Origin: an uncultured Thermoflexus sp.
GTDB taxonomy: Bacteria; Chloroflexota; UBA11872; UBA12225
NCBI GenBank assembly: GCA_964343985.1
Contig: CAYFLJ010000001.1
Span: 9,929 to 73,928, forward strand
DNA length: 64,000 nt
Direction of reading: 5' to 3'
In this document: one piece after another, positions 20,487 to 29,778 of the stretch
Numbering within the stretch: position 1 is the first letter of the stretch
Layout: each line of letters opens with the position of its first letter
Notes under the pieces: generated by a model
The model's database searches: none
What the model was told of the DNA's origin: nothing
The model's input: only the letters and a program-made list of their open reading frames with translations
Made by a program: the position numbers and the translations under genes

Positions 20487-21733
20487 ACACTGCCGACAAC
20501 GCGACAACCGCGTCGGTCTTACATATCACTGACGGGGCAGGGCCCTCGTGGGAGGCACCGCGGGTCGGCCTCATCCCTGGTTACGACGCAATCGTGGTTG
20601 GTGCCGGTTTCGCAGGGGCGGTCATTGCAGAGCGATTGGCATCTCAAGCCGGCAAACGGGTTCTCATCTGTGATCGACGCCCACACGTCGCGGGCAATGC
20701 GTACGACCACCGTGACGAGGCGGGAGTGCTCGTCCACAAGTACGGCCCACACATCTTCCACACGAACGCGGCGCGTGTAGTCGCGTACCTCTCGCAGTTC
20801 ACCGAATGGCACCCGTACTCGCACCGAGTGTTGGCGCATGTTGAGGGGAAGTTGCTGCCATTACCTATCTCACGTGCGACGGTCAATCAGCTGTATGGCC
20901 TCGATTTGAAAACCGATGCCGCGTGTGCGGCGTACTTCGCGTCGGTAGCGGAACCAATTGCTTCAGTACGGACCTCGGAAGACATCGTCGTTTCGAAAGT
21001 TGGGCGTGACCTCTACGAAAAGTTTGTGCGGAATTACACCCGAAAGCAGTGGGGACTTGACCCGTCTGAGCTCGACTCGAGTGTGTTGGCACGGATTGCG
21101 CCGCGTACAAATGAGGACGTGCGGTACTTCACCGACAGTTTTCAGGCCATGCCGCGCGACGGCTTCACGGCAATGTTTGAACGCATGCTTGCGCACCCCA
21201 ACATCACGATCCGACTGGGGGTGGATTACCGAGAACTTACTGATGTCGTGCCCCACCAAATCCTTGTGTATACCGGGCCTATCGACGAGTTCTTCAGTAT
21301 GAAATTCGGTAAGTTGCCGTACCGATCACTGGAGTTCCGCCACGAGACGTTGCGGGTTGAGTGGGCGCAACCGGTGGCCGTCGTGAACTACCCCAACGAA
21401 CACGAATACACTCGTCGAACCGAATTCAAGTATCTCACCGGCCAGACGCACCCAAAGACCTCAGTGGTCTACGAGTTTCCCCGAGCGGACGGCGACCCGT
21501 ACTACCCGGTGCCGAGGCCGGAGAACGCGGCGACGTACCGAGAGTACAAGCACTTGGCGGATGAAACGCCGAACACGTTTTTTGCCGGGCGTCTCGCTAC
21601 CTATCGGTACCTAGACATGCACCAAGTCGTCGGGCAGGCGCTCACGGTATTTCAAACCATCATGGAGACGCCAGTTGGGCGACCGGCGAACGTTTCAAAA
21701 CCACTCATGCGCCGCGAGGGCTTATCTGAGTAA
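20483..21733 (+). CDS. glf: UDP-galactopyranose mutase
   Basis: FAD-binding GYDAIVVGAGFAGAVIAERLA; conserved KYGPHIFHTN and the C-terminal YYP motif region; start inferred as GTG 20483, overlapping the upstream stop. Confidence 0.88.
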   Translation: MNTADNATTASVLHITDGAGPSWEAPRVGLIPGYDAIVVGAGFAGAVIAERLASQAGKRVLICDRRPHVAGNAYDHRDEAGVLVHKYGPHIFHTNAARVVAYLSQFTEWHPYSHRVLAHVEGKLLPLPISRATVNQLYGLDLKTDAACAAYFASVAEPIASVRTSEDIVVSKVGRDLYEKFVRNYTRKQWGLDPSELDSSVLARIAPRTNEDVRYFTDSFQAMPRDGFTAMFERMLAHPNITIRLGVDYRELTDVVPHQILVYTGPIDEFFSMKFGKLPYRSLEFRHETLRVEWAQPVAVVNYPNEHEYTRRTEFKYLTGQTHPKTSVVYEFPRADGDPYYPVPRPENAATYREYKHLADETPNTFFAGRLATYRYLDMHQVVGQALTVFQTIMETPVGRPANVSKPLMRREGLSE

Positions 21734-21742
21734 CGAAGCGGG

Positions 21743-22312
21743 TTACAGGTCGTCGGCCGGAGCGGGTACGCCAGTTTTGATGACGACCGTTCCGCGAGGG
21801 CGAAGGTTGGCGCCGCGCCGCTTGACTTGGTCGACCGCGTCGCGCACCGCGGCGTTGGAAGCGAGCCAGGCGTGTTGCAGTCGAGTCGCCGCGATTGTTC
21901 GCGCCGCGGTAGCCGCCGTTGAGTAGCCGACGCCGACGGCGAATGGACGCACGACGAACCGTTCGAGTATTCGCGCTGTCGCTTCGTCCGCATCGGCCGA
22001 TTTCTTGCCGACCCACCTGAGTCCTCGAACCATGGCACCTGTCGCTGCGCCAGTGCCGGCAGCGAGCCCGAACCAAATTGCGAAGCCGATCAGGGCCGCA
22101 ATCCATGTCATGAAGGCGATAACGAATATGCCGAGGTCGCGACCGACGATGACGGCGTTGCGACCACCGAGTTCAACCGAGGCGATTCCGATCGCGCACG
22201 ATCCTAAAAGTGTTGCTGCGACGGCTCCGAAGACCCAAGTGACGAGTTGCTTCACAGAAGTCTCATGCCCGAAGCGGCGCCGTTGATTGCGCCGGGGACA
22301 CCGCTTTGGCAC
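21743..22312 (-). CDS. Hypothetical membrane protein (2-4 TM), last gene of a three-gene small-membrane-protein operon
   Basis: Hydrophobic segments LVTWVFGAVAATLLGSCAIGIA and GIFVIAFMTWIAALIGFAIWFGLAAG; start uncertain. Confidence 0.45.
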   Translation of the reverse strand: MPKRCPRRNQRRRFGHETSVKQLVTWVFGAVAATLLGSCAIGIASVELGGRNAVIVGRDLGIFVIAFMTWIAALIGFAIWFGLAAGTGAATGAMVRGLRWVGKKSADADEATARILERFVVRPFAVGVGYSTAATAARTIAATRLQHAWLASNAAVRDAVDQVKRRGANLRPRGTVVIKTGVPAPADDL

Positions 22313-22514
22313 GTACGTCGCGGTACCGTTCGAGGATGTCTGCTTCGGCCTGCTTACCGGCGGAACGTGCTTCGTCGCGGGTGCGGAGGAACTCCCGCTT
22401 CAGTCGAGCAAGCAAATCTCGTCCGGCTTCTGGGGCGAACAACCAAACGGCGGCGACTGCCACGAGCGTGCCGACCAGAAGGCCGGCGGCGAACCACGGG
22501 TCTCGGCGGCTCAT
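22263..22514 (-). CDS. YtxH-like small membrane-anchored protein
   Basis: N-terminal TM then APEAGRDLLARLKREF, resembling the YtxH APKSGKELREDLK motif; 83 aa. Confidence 0.5.
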   Translation of the reverse strand: MSRRDPWFAAGLLVGTLVAVAAVWLFAPEAGRDLLARLKREFLRTRDEARSAGKQAEADILERYRDVRAKAVSPAQSTAPLRA

Positions 22515-22840
22515 CGAAGCCCCCCGCGCAGAATGGTGCCCATGTTGGTCGAGAAGGTTCGCGCGGCGGCAGCCATACCTGCGAGCCGCGCGACGGGCCG
22601 AATCACCGCGTCACCAACGACGGTGCTTGTGCCCCGAACGGTTTCGCTGGTTCGCCGCACCGATTCGAGAATGGGTGCCACCTCCTCGCGAAGCGATCGC
22701 ACCAAGACCCACATGCGCCACGCTAGAACGATGAGGGCGACGTTCGCCGCAAGCGACGTCAGGGCGACTGCGATGATGACGACGTCACGCGTCGCGCCAA
22801 GCCACTCCACTCGTGCCTCCCACGGGGCACATGTTCCCAC
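22511..22840 (-). CDS. DUF948-like membrane-anchored protein
   Basis: N-terminal TM (VVIIAVALTSLAANVALIVLAW) followed by a helical region; overlaps the downstream gene by 4 nt; YtxH and DUF948 genes commonly co-occur. Confidence 0.45.
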   Translation of the reverse strand: MGTCAPWEARVEWLGATRDVVIIAVALTSLAANVALIVLAWRMWVLVRSLREEVAPILESVRRTSETVRGTSTVVGDAVIRPVARLAGMAAAARTFSTNMGTILRGGLR

Positions 22841-22929
22841 ATGGCGGTATAGCGCCGCCGTTGTTCCTGTCGTGCGTGCCGTGCGTTCGAGGATCAGGTG
22901 GCGCGGCGCGTATTGACAGGAACGAACGG

Positions 22930-23655
22930 GTGAACGCTCTCGCGCGTCTCGAATCTTGGTTACAAGCGGTCGTGGAAGGGCCGGCGCGATGGCTTACGGG
23001 TCAACGGATTCAGCCCGTGGAAATCGCGCGCCGATTGGCGGTGGCGATGGACGATGGGATCTTGGTCACGGGTGATAGGCCGTTGGCTCCGAACCGCTAC
23101 GTGGCGACGTTGGCCGAGGCAGATTATGCACCGATCGCCGGAATCGTGGAGTCGCTGCAACGCGAGTTCGAACGCTTCGTGGCCGATGAGGCAACCGGCC
23201 GGGGCTATCGCCTTGCGGGTCCGGCTCACGTCGAGGTGCGTCTCGATACGGCGTACCCGGCGGGCCGTGTGACCATTTTCGCCACCCACGACGCGCCACA
23301 ACGTGAAGTACCCACGGTCACTCGCGCAATGCCGACCTCGCCGCGGGTTGCCACCGGCGTCGTCGTTGAGGCTCTGGGCAATGTGTGGCCCATCGCGGAC
23401 GGTCGACGATACGTCGTCGGGCGTGACGCGGCGTGTGACATTGTTTTGGATCACGACAGCGTGTCGCGGACTCACGCCGTAATCGTCCGGACGATCATGC
23501 GTGGGCAGAAAACTCCCGCGGTGTCCGTGGTGGATCAAGGCAGCACCAATGGAACGTGGGTTGACGGAACATTGGTTTCTGATGCGGTAGTCCTGCCTGG
23601 CGTACCGGTCCGGTTTGGGACGGTGGACGTAACGGTCCGCGGGTTCTCGAAATGA
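22930..23655 (+). CDS. fhaA: FhaA-like protein: N-terminal DUF3662 domain plus C-terminal FHA domain
   Basis: C-terminal FHA motifs VVGRDAACDIVLDHDSVSRTHAVI...STNGTWVDG; N-terminal domain resembling mycobacterial FhaA; GTG 22930 start inferred. Confidence 0.8.
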   Translation: MNALARLESWLQAVVEGPARWLTGQRIQPVEIARRLAVAMDDGILVTGDRPLAPNRYVATLAEADYAPIAGIVESLQREFERFVADEATGRGYRLAGPAHVEVRLDTAYPAGRVTIFATHDAPQREVPTVTRAMPTSPRVATGVVVEALGNVWPIADGRRYVVGRDAACDIVLDHDSVSRTHAVIVRTIMRGQKTPAVSVVDQGSTNGTWVDGTLVSDAVVLPGVPVRFGTVDVTVRGFSK

Positions 23656-24110
23656 CCGCGCTCGCTGGTGCGGAGGCCATGATTCTTGCCTTGCGCGTCG
23701 GGTTTGCGGTGTCGCTCTACCTCTTCGTGACCATTGCAATCCTGGCGCTGCGCCGGACGCTTTCGGCCTCAGAACTGATCCAGAAGGCAGGGGCGCGCCT
23801 TGTGCTGATCCGTGTCGGTTCCGCAACGGACGAGGTTGGACGGACGGTCAAACTGTCCGGCGCTTCCGCAACGCTTGGAAGGTCGCCTGCGAATGACATT
23901 GTTGTGCGCGACGACGGAGTTTCGGCGCGTCACGCACGAATTGACGTCGACGGTGATCGTTGGGTTCTCGTCGATGTTGGCAGTCGAAATGGCACGACGG
24001 TGAACGGCAAGGTGATCGGCGGGTCGGTGCGTCTCGGGCATGGCGACGAGGTTGGCACTGGAGACCTCATTTGGCGTTTCGAGACGGGCGTGCGGTCGAG
24101 CGCAGAATGA
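23652..24110 (+). CDS. fhaB: FhaB/FipA-like protein: N-terminal TM anchor plus FHA domain
   Basis: TM helix LALRVGFAVSLYLFVTIAILAL; FHA motifs LGRSPANDIVVRDDGVSARHARI...SRNGTTVNG; start overlaps the fhaA stop. Confidence 0.8.
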   Translation: MTALAGAEAMILALRVGFAVSLYLFVTIAILALRRTLSASELIQKAGARLVLIRVGSATDEVGRTVKLSGASATLGRSPANDIVVRDDGVSARHARIDVDGDRWVLVDVGSRNGTTVNGKVIGGSVRLGHGDEVGTGDLIWRFETGVRSSAE

Positions 24111-24217
24111 GTACGGCAGCGCAGACGGGCACGCAGGCGAGGGGCATCAGGACGCCGGGCGTGTAACGCTGCGCGCATCTCAGCCGTCCACACGGATCGA
24201 GAAAGGGTGCTGTCCGA

Positions 24218-25531
24218 GTGACTCGTACGTGGATGCAGCCGCGATCGCTTACAGATCTGCGCGGACGATGGCTTGAAACGCTGCTCATGGTGTTTGCCGT
24301 CGTTCCGACGTTTCTTGGCGTCGCGATGCTTGCAGTGACGTGGGAGCGACCGCTCGATGATGATCGTTTCTGGCCGGCGTACGCCGTGACGGCGGTGCTT
24401 GGCGCGGTGCATCTTGCCCTTGTTGTGTCGGGCCACCGGGGGGATGAGGTTGTCCTGCCGGTGGTGGCCTGCCTTGCGGGAGTGGGAATCCTGCTCGTGA
24501 CGAGGCTCGTCCCGGACGCGGCGATACGTCAGGCGGTATGGGGAGGGCTCGGTGGCGTTGGTGCGGTCGTGGTGGCGTGTGGCCCATGGGAGACGCGGCG
24601 TCTTGAACGGTTCAAGTACGCGGTACTGGTGGCGGGTATCGGACTGGTGGCGATCACCCTTCTCGCAGGACGTGACCTGAATGGCAGCGGCGACCGGCTT
24701 TGGCTCGGACTGTTCGGGTACGTTTTCCAACCGAGTGAACTGCTCAAAATCCTGCTCGTCATCTTTCTCGCAGGCTATTTGTCCGAAAAGCGCGACGTGA
24801 TCTTGATCGCGCCGACGCGGACGCTCGGGATGCCAATTCCCCTGGCGTATCTGGTGCCGGTAGTCGTAATGTGGGGCGGGTGTCTCGTGCTCCTCGTGGT
24901 GCAACGCGACCTTGGGTCGGCGCTCCTGTTCTACGGCACGTTCTTGGCGATGCTGTACGTCGCGATTGGTCGCGTGCGGTACGTACTTGCGTCGCTGGCA
25001 GTGTTTGGCGCGGCGGCAACGGCGTGCTACTACGTGTTTGCCCACGTCCGGCTGCGCGTTGAGGTATGGCTGGACCCGTGGGTTGACCCGCAGGGACGGT
25101 CGTATCAGATTGTGCAAGCGATGTATGCGATGGCGTCAGGTGGTCTTGCCGGTCGCGGACTTGGCAATGGGTATCCACTGTATGTTCCTGCGGTGCATAC
25201 GGACTACCCGTTCGTCGCGTTCTCCGAAGAGGCTGGCCTCGCCGGGTCGCTTGCGTTGCTCTTGCTGTACGCCATATTGAGCGTTGCCGGCCTCGGCATC
25301 GCGCTGCGCGCCAGAGATCCGTATCGCCAACTCCTCGCGACGGGACTCGTCGCGCTCATCGCCCTGCAGGTCGCAACCATTGTCGGGGGGAATGTGCGCA
25401 TGATGCCGTTGACGGGCGTGACGTTGCCGTTTGTCAGTTACGGCGGGTCTTCGATGCTTACGTCGTGGCTGATGATTGGCCTGCTCCTGCGGGCGTCTCA
25501 TGAGGAGGCGGTCTCGCCGGCTCGTGGATGA
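24218..25531 (+). CDS. rodA: SEDS-family peptidoglycan glycosyltransferase (RodA/FtsW)
   Basis: Ten TM-type architecture; conserved FQPSELLKILLVIFLAGYL and the C-terminal TGVTLPFVSYGGSSMLTSW. Confidence 0.9.
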   Translation: MTRTWMQPRSLTDLRGRWLETLLMVFAVVPTFLGVAMLAVTWERPLDDDRFWPAYAVTAVLGAVHLALVVSGHRGDEVVLPVVACLAGVGILLVTRLVPDAAIRQAVWGGLGGVGAVVVACGPWETRRLERFKYAVLVAGIGLVAITLLAGRDLNGSGDRLWLGLFGYVFQPSELLKILLVIFLAGYLSEKRDVILIAPTRTLGMPIPLAYLVPVVVMWGGCLVLLVVQRDLGSALLFYGTFLAMLYVAIGRVRYVLASLAVFGAAATACYYVFAHVRLRVEVWLDPWVDPQGRSYQIVQAMYAMASGGLAGRGLGNGYPLYVPAVHTDYPFVAFSEEAGLAGSLALLLLYAILSVAGLGIALRARDPYRQLLATGLVALIALQVATIVGGNVRMMPLTGVTLPFVSYGGSSMLTSWLMIGLLLRASHEEAVSPARG

Positions 25532-26955
25532 CGGGCAGTTCTGGGGGAATGTCGCGACAGATTCGCGCATTGGGCACGTTTCTGTTAGTGCTATTTGGGG
25601 CACTCGCAGGGTTTACCGGGTACTGGCAAGCCATCGCTGCGAGTTCGCTGTCGTCCACAACGCAAAACCCGCGTGTTTACCAAGATGACCGGCGCGCGCA
25701 ACGCGGGCGCATCCTTGATTACGCGGGAAACGTCGTCGTCGAATCTCGAGCGGATGGGTCACGACGACTGGCCGTTCCATCGCTCGGCCATGTGGTTGGA
25801 TACCGGTCTGCTCGATACGGCACCACAGGTGTAGAACTGGCGGAGGATGCGGCGCTGTCTGGAACGGGCGGGCCGCTGTCGACAGACGACCTCATTCGTC
25901 AACTCGCGCAGCTGCCGGGACGTGGGGCGGACGTCCGGCTGACCATAGATCGGGACGTGCAAAGTGCAGCCGCCGCGTCGCTTGGTGCAAGTGGCGGGGC
26001 AATCGTCGTTCTCGACACTCGGTCTGGCGCGGTTCTTGCGATGGCGAGTAACCCGACGCTCGACACTGACGGGATTGATGCGAGGTGGGCCACGCTGCTT
26101 GCGGACCCGGCGAAACCGCTGGTACATCGCGCGGCGCAAGGGCTGTACGTGCCTGGAAGCACCTTCAAACTGGTGACGGCGGCGGCGGCGATCGAACTCG
26201 GAATCGTGACCCCCGCGACGACCGTATCTGATCCGACGGGTGAGACGGTGATCGACGGTTTTCGGATTACCGACGCGGAACGGCCACCACGTGCGACGTT
26301 TGATTTCGCGCATGCGTTCGCATGGTCCTCAAACGTGGTGTTTGCCGACATCGGCCTTCGTATCACGGAGGCTCGACTTCGCGAGGTCGCCGCTCGCTTC
26401 GGGATTGGCACGGCGTTGGCGTTGGGGATTGACACCAGCTCGTCAAGCCTCGGTCGGACCCGCCCGATGCCGCCTTCGCTGCTTGCCTCAACGGCGTTCG
26501 GGCAAGGGGAGCTGTTGTTGTCGCCGCTTCAAGTTGCGGTCATCGCTGCGACGTTCGCGCGCGATGGAGATGTGCCTCGCCCGTGGATCGTGGCGGAGGT
26601 TCAGGCGCGCAGTGCGTCCGGGGTGCGTACGGTACGCCGGACAGAACCGAGTTCGCTTGGGCGTGCCGTGACGCCGCAGACGGCGGGAGCCGTACGCGCA
26701 TTGATGGGATTGGCGGTTGACGAGGGGTACGCAAAGACGGCGGCGATTGCGGGGGTCCGGATTGGGGGGAAGACGGGTACGGCGCAGAGTGTCCCCGGCC
26801 AACCTGATCATGCGTGGTTCGTCGGCATCGCCCCGTTGGACGCGCCGCGCGTTGCCGTCGTTGTTCTCAAGGAGTTTGGCGGGTGGGGATCGGAAGCGGC
26901 TGCGCCTTTGGCGAGGCCGGTGTTGCAGGCGGCGTTGCAGGCGACCGCCCGCTGA
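25528..26955 (+). CDS. pbpA: Class B penicillin-binding protein (PbpA-type transpeptidase)
   Basis: N-terminal TM; catalytic motifs S-T-F-K (GSTFKLVTAAAA), SSN (WSSNVVF) and K-T-G (GKTGTAQ); size and position match actinobacterial pbpA downstream of rodA; overlaps the rodA stop. Confidence 0.9.
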   Translation: MTGSSGGMSRQIRALGTFLLVLFGALAGFTGYWQAIAASSLSSTTQNPRVYQDDRRAQRGRILDYAGNVVVESRADGSRRLAVPSLGHVVGYRSARYGTTGVELAEDAALSGTGGPLSTDDLIRQLAQLPGRGADVRLTIDRDVQSAAAASLGASGGAIVVLDTRSGAVLAMASNPTLDTDGIDARWATLLADPAKPLVHRAAQGLYVPGSTFKLVTAAAAIELGIVTPATTVSDPTGETVIDGFRITDAERPPRATFDFAHAFAWSSNVVFADIGLRITEARLREVAARFGIGTALALGIDTSSSSLGRTRPMPPSLLASTAFGQGELLLSPLQVAVIAATFARDGDVPRPWIVAEVQARSASGVRTVRRTEPSSLGRAVTPQTAGAVRALMGLAVDEGYAKTAAIAGVRIGGKTGTAQSVPGQPDHAWFVGIAPLDAPRVAVVVLKEFGGWGSEAAAPLARPVLQAALQATAR

Positions 26956-27230
26956 CCGGCGCGCCCCCGAGCATGCGCATGAGCCCGGCAAACGCCCAGA
27001 TTGACGCGCCGAGGGTCGCACCGAGAGCGATAAAGGCAATGCCGATCACGGGCGAACCGGTTGTGCCAACGATCCACCAGGCGCCGGACACGATTGCGAC
27101 CGCCATAGCCAGATACGCGAGGATGCGTGCCCCGGCGAGTTGTCCACGAATCGCGGTGAGGAACCACCGTCGTTCGTCACTAACCGCTCGTGTGCGCCGG
27201 CGGACTACGCGAACGCCACTCGGCTGCGGG

Positions 27231-27611
27231 TCACTCAGTGAGGACATGTGGCAAGTGTTCCACGTCGGCGACCTGTCCGGGTGTCAACACGATGGCGATC
27301 AGGTCGACACGCCAAGGGGTCGCGTCGGGATCGTGGCCCCGACTCACTAGGTATTCGTACGCGCAGGCGGCCATGCGGACGCGCTTCCGAAGTGTCAGGC
27401 TCTCTGGGCCGGTGCCAAAGGCATCGGTGCGACGCGTCCGGACCTCGATGAGGACGAGGTCATCTCCGTCGCGCACCACGAGATCTATCTCGCCAGACGG
27501 TGTGCGGACGTTCGTTTCGAGGATGGTCCAGCCTCGTCTCTGGGCGTAGGCCACCGCAATCGACTCTCCGACGAGCCCGGTACGCTGGCGCGCGGTTGAC
27601 CGACCGCTCAT
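27231..27611 (-). CDS. yraN: YraN family (UPF0102) endonuclease-like protein
   Basis: GESIAVAYAQRRGWTILETNVRTPSGEIDLVVRDGDDLVLIEVRTR, the PD-(D/E)xK YraN signature; ATGA overlap with the rnhB stop. Confidence 0.85.
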   Translation of the reverse strand: MSGRSTARQRTGLVGESIAVAYAQRRGWTILETNVRTPSGEIDLVVRDGDDLVLIEVRTRRTDAFGTGPESLTLRKRVRMAACAYEYLVSRGHDPDATPWRVDLIAIVLTPGQVADVEHLPHVLTE

Positions 27612-28366
27612 AGGGTGTCCCACCCATCCAGAAAACCGAGCTGCCCCCTGCCCGTGGGGGCGGTACGGGTGGGTGACGGCAGTGCGGGCGCGTGCGCAGA
27701 CGAGCATTGGTCGAGGTGGCGCATTGGCTGAAAACGACGGCGGTGTAGCGGGGTCAACCCGTGCGCGATGAGTGCGCCGAAGTGGTCCCGCGTGCCGTAG
27801 CCCACGTTACGGTCGAATCCGTAGTCCGGGAAGGGATGCGCCAAGGCCGTCATGAACGTGTCTCGGGCGACCTTGGCCACAAGGCTGGCGCAGGCGATGG
27901 CCAAACACTCTCGGTCACCGCGCACGATGGCGCGTTGCGGGGCCGGGGGATTGCCGATTGGGTACCCGTCGATGAGCATAATCTCGGCGGAACGTGCGAC
28001 GCCTGATGCGCGTCGTGCGTGCCACCCGGGTCCGTCGATGGCGCCGTCTCGCGTCCTCGAAGCGAGGGCGGTGACTGCGGTACGCATTGCGAGGTGCGTC
28101 GCTTCGGTTGCGCCGAGGGCATCCATGAGCCAAGCGTCGACCCACCCGATCGCGGCGGACGTGACCGAGAGGATTTCGTCGGCGACCGCCTGACGGCGCC
28201 GGGCTGGGACGCGTTTTGAGTCGTCAGCGTCGCTCAGGACCAACGGGTTGGCGTAGATTTCGGGGGGGATTGCCACGGCACCGGCCACAACTGGACCGGC
28301 CCACGCTCCGCGGCCGACCTCGTCGATGCCGACGATACAGCGATGGCCCTCGCGCAAGAGGGCCAT
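27608..28366 (-). CDS. rnhB: Ribonuclease HII
   Basis: IVGIDEVGRGAWAGPVVAGAV N-terminal catalytic motif; conserved DDSK. Confidence 0.92.
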   Translation of the reverse strand: MALLREGHRCIVGIDEVGRGAWAGPVVAGAVAIPPEIYANPLVLSDADDSKRVPARRRQAVADEILSVTSAAIGWVDAWLMDALGATEATHLAMRTAVTALASRTRDGAIDGPGWHARRASGVARSAEIMLIDGYPIGNPPAPQRAIVRGDRECLAIACASLVAKVARDTFMTALAHPFPDYGFDRNVGYGTRDHFGALIAHGLTPLHRRRFQPMRHLDQCSSAHAPALPSPTRTAPTGRGQLGFLDGWDTL

Positions 28367-28395
28367 CTCGTGGCGGAGTTCGCCGAGGCGACGGG

Positions 28396-28746
28396 TCAGC
28401 GACGTCGAAGTTCTTTGATGCGCGCGGCTTTGCCGGTGAGGCCCCGGAGATAGTAAAGCTGCGCACGGCGGACTTTGCCCCTGCGGGTGACCTCGATACG
28501 ATCAATCTTCGGTGAATGGAGAAGAAACGTACGTTCAACGCCAATACCCGACGAGATTTTGCGAACGGTGAACCGAGTGAGCACGCTCCCTCCGAGGTAA
28601 CGCATGCAGACACCTTCAAACGCCTGGAGGCGTTCGCGCGTGCCTTCCGTGACCTTGACTTGAACGCGCACCGTATCGCCAGGTCCAAACTGCGGTACGT
28701 CCGTGCGGAGTTGTTCGCGATTGAGTTCGTCGATGACGTTCGCCAT
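28396..28746 (-). CDS. rplS: 50S ribosomal protein L19
   Basis: [35 protein letters not shown]...; RBS GGAGA; only the last 116 codons of the 264-aa track ORF are the real gene. Confidence 0.93.
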   Translation of the reverse strand: MANVIDELNREQLRTDVPQFGPGDTVRVQVKVTEGTRERLQAFEGVCMRYLGGSVLTRFTVRKISSGIGVERTFLLHSPKIDRIEVTRRGKVRRAQLYYLRGLTGKAARIKELRRR

Positions 28747-28864
28747 GATCGGAGTCTCCGGAGTCGCACCGAACCAGGCGATGGCGACGATGGCCGGCCC
28801 GCGTTGGCGATGCGAAGTTCGGGTCGCGGCGGTCGCCGTGCCCACTAGGTGCAGATGGTACCAG

Positions 28865-29659
28865 TCATGGTTGAGATGCCGAAGGTGGTGGTCGGCGCGC
28901 TGATCGTTTCGTGACGGGACGCTCTGACCGACGAATTTGCTCGCGCACCCACCACGTTGCGTACATGTCGGGGCGGCGTAACCGGGTGCGTTCGAGCGAC
29001 TGGATGCGTCGCCACGCTTCGACCTGTCCGTGGTGTCCCGACCGCAGGACCTCTGGAACGAGGTGGCCTTCAAAATCGGATGGTCGCGTGTACTGGGGGT
29101 ACTCAAGCAGCGGTGGAGCATTGCGTGCCGAGTGGCTGTCGTCGAGCGCGGATTCCGCGGAGCCAAGTGCACCGGGCAGCAGGCGCACAACCGCGTCGAT
29201 GATCACCACGGCCCCGACCTCTCCAGCGGACAGGACGAAGTCGCCGATGGACACTTCTCGATCGATTGACGCGATGCGCACACGTTCATCGACGCCCTCG
29301 TAATGGCCGCAGACAAGGAGGAGGCGCGGACGCGCTGCGAGGTCGGCGACAAGGCTCTGGGTCAGGACCTCCCCCTGCGGGCAAAGCAGGACGCGTAATG
29401 GGGGCGGGCCGTCGTCGTCGGCAGAGATTGCGCGGATCGCGGTGACGAGCGGCCGGGGAGTCATGACCATGCCAGCCCCGCCACCGTACGGCGTGTCGTC
29501 GGCAGTGCGGCGCCGATCGGACGTCCAATCCCGAAGGTCGTGGAACCGCAAATCCGCGAGACCACGTGCGGCCGCGCGCGCGACGATGCTGTGGCGTAGC
29601 GGTTCGCGGACCATGTCTGGAAAGAGCGTCAGGACGTCAATCCGCATCGCTGTCGACAT
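28865..29659 (-). CDS. trmD: tRNA (guanine37-N1)-methyltransferase
   Basis: [13 protein letters not shown]...[13 protein letters not shown], the SPOUT TrmD signature; true start possibly 29647. Confidence 0.92.
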   Translation of the reverse strand: MSTAMRIDVLTLFPDMVREPLRHSIVARAAARGLADLRFHDLRDWTSDRRRTADDTPYGGGAGMVMTPRPLVTAIRAISADDDGPPPLRVLLCPQGEVLTQSLVADLAARPRLLLVCGHYEGVDERVRIASIDREVSIGDFVLSAGEVGAVVIIDAVVRLLPGALGSAESALDDSHSARNAPPLLEYPQYTRPSDFEGHLVPEVLRSGHHGQVEAWRRIQSLERTRLRRPDMYATWWVREQIRRSERPVTKRSARRPPPSASQP

Positions 29660-29778
29660 CGCTCATGCGCCGCGGAGGCTTTTCTAAAACCGCTCAGAGG
29701 TTCCATCTGCCAGACACGCCTGACGTTTCCCGGCCATCGCAAGGCAACCGGACCGGTGCTGTCGGGCCGCGACACGGA

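Noticed and set aside
23930-25117. 395-aa minus-strand ORF antisense to fhaB/rodA
   Set aside because: Overlaps the conserved RodA/SEDS gene. Composition is Arg/Pro/His-rich with no domain; a GC-frame artefact.
28747-29190. Upstream 148 codons of the 264-aa ORF containing rplS
   Set aside because: L19 homology and RBS begin at 28746. The upstream part is an Arg/Pro-rich read-through that overlaps trmD.
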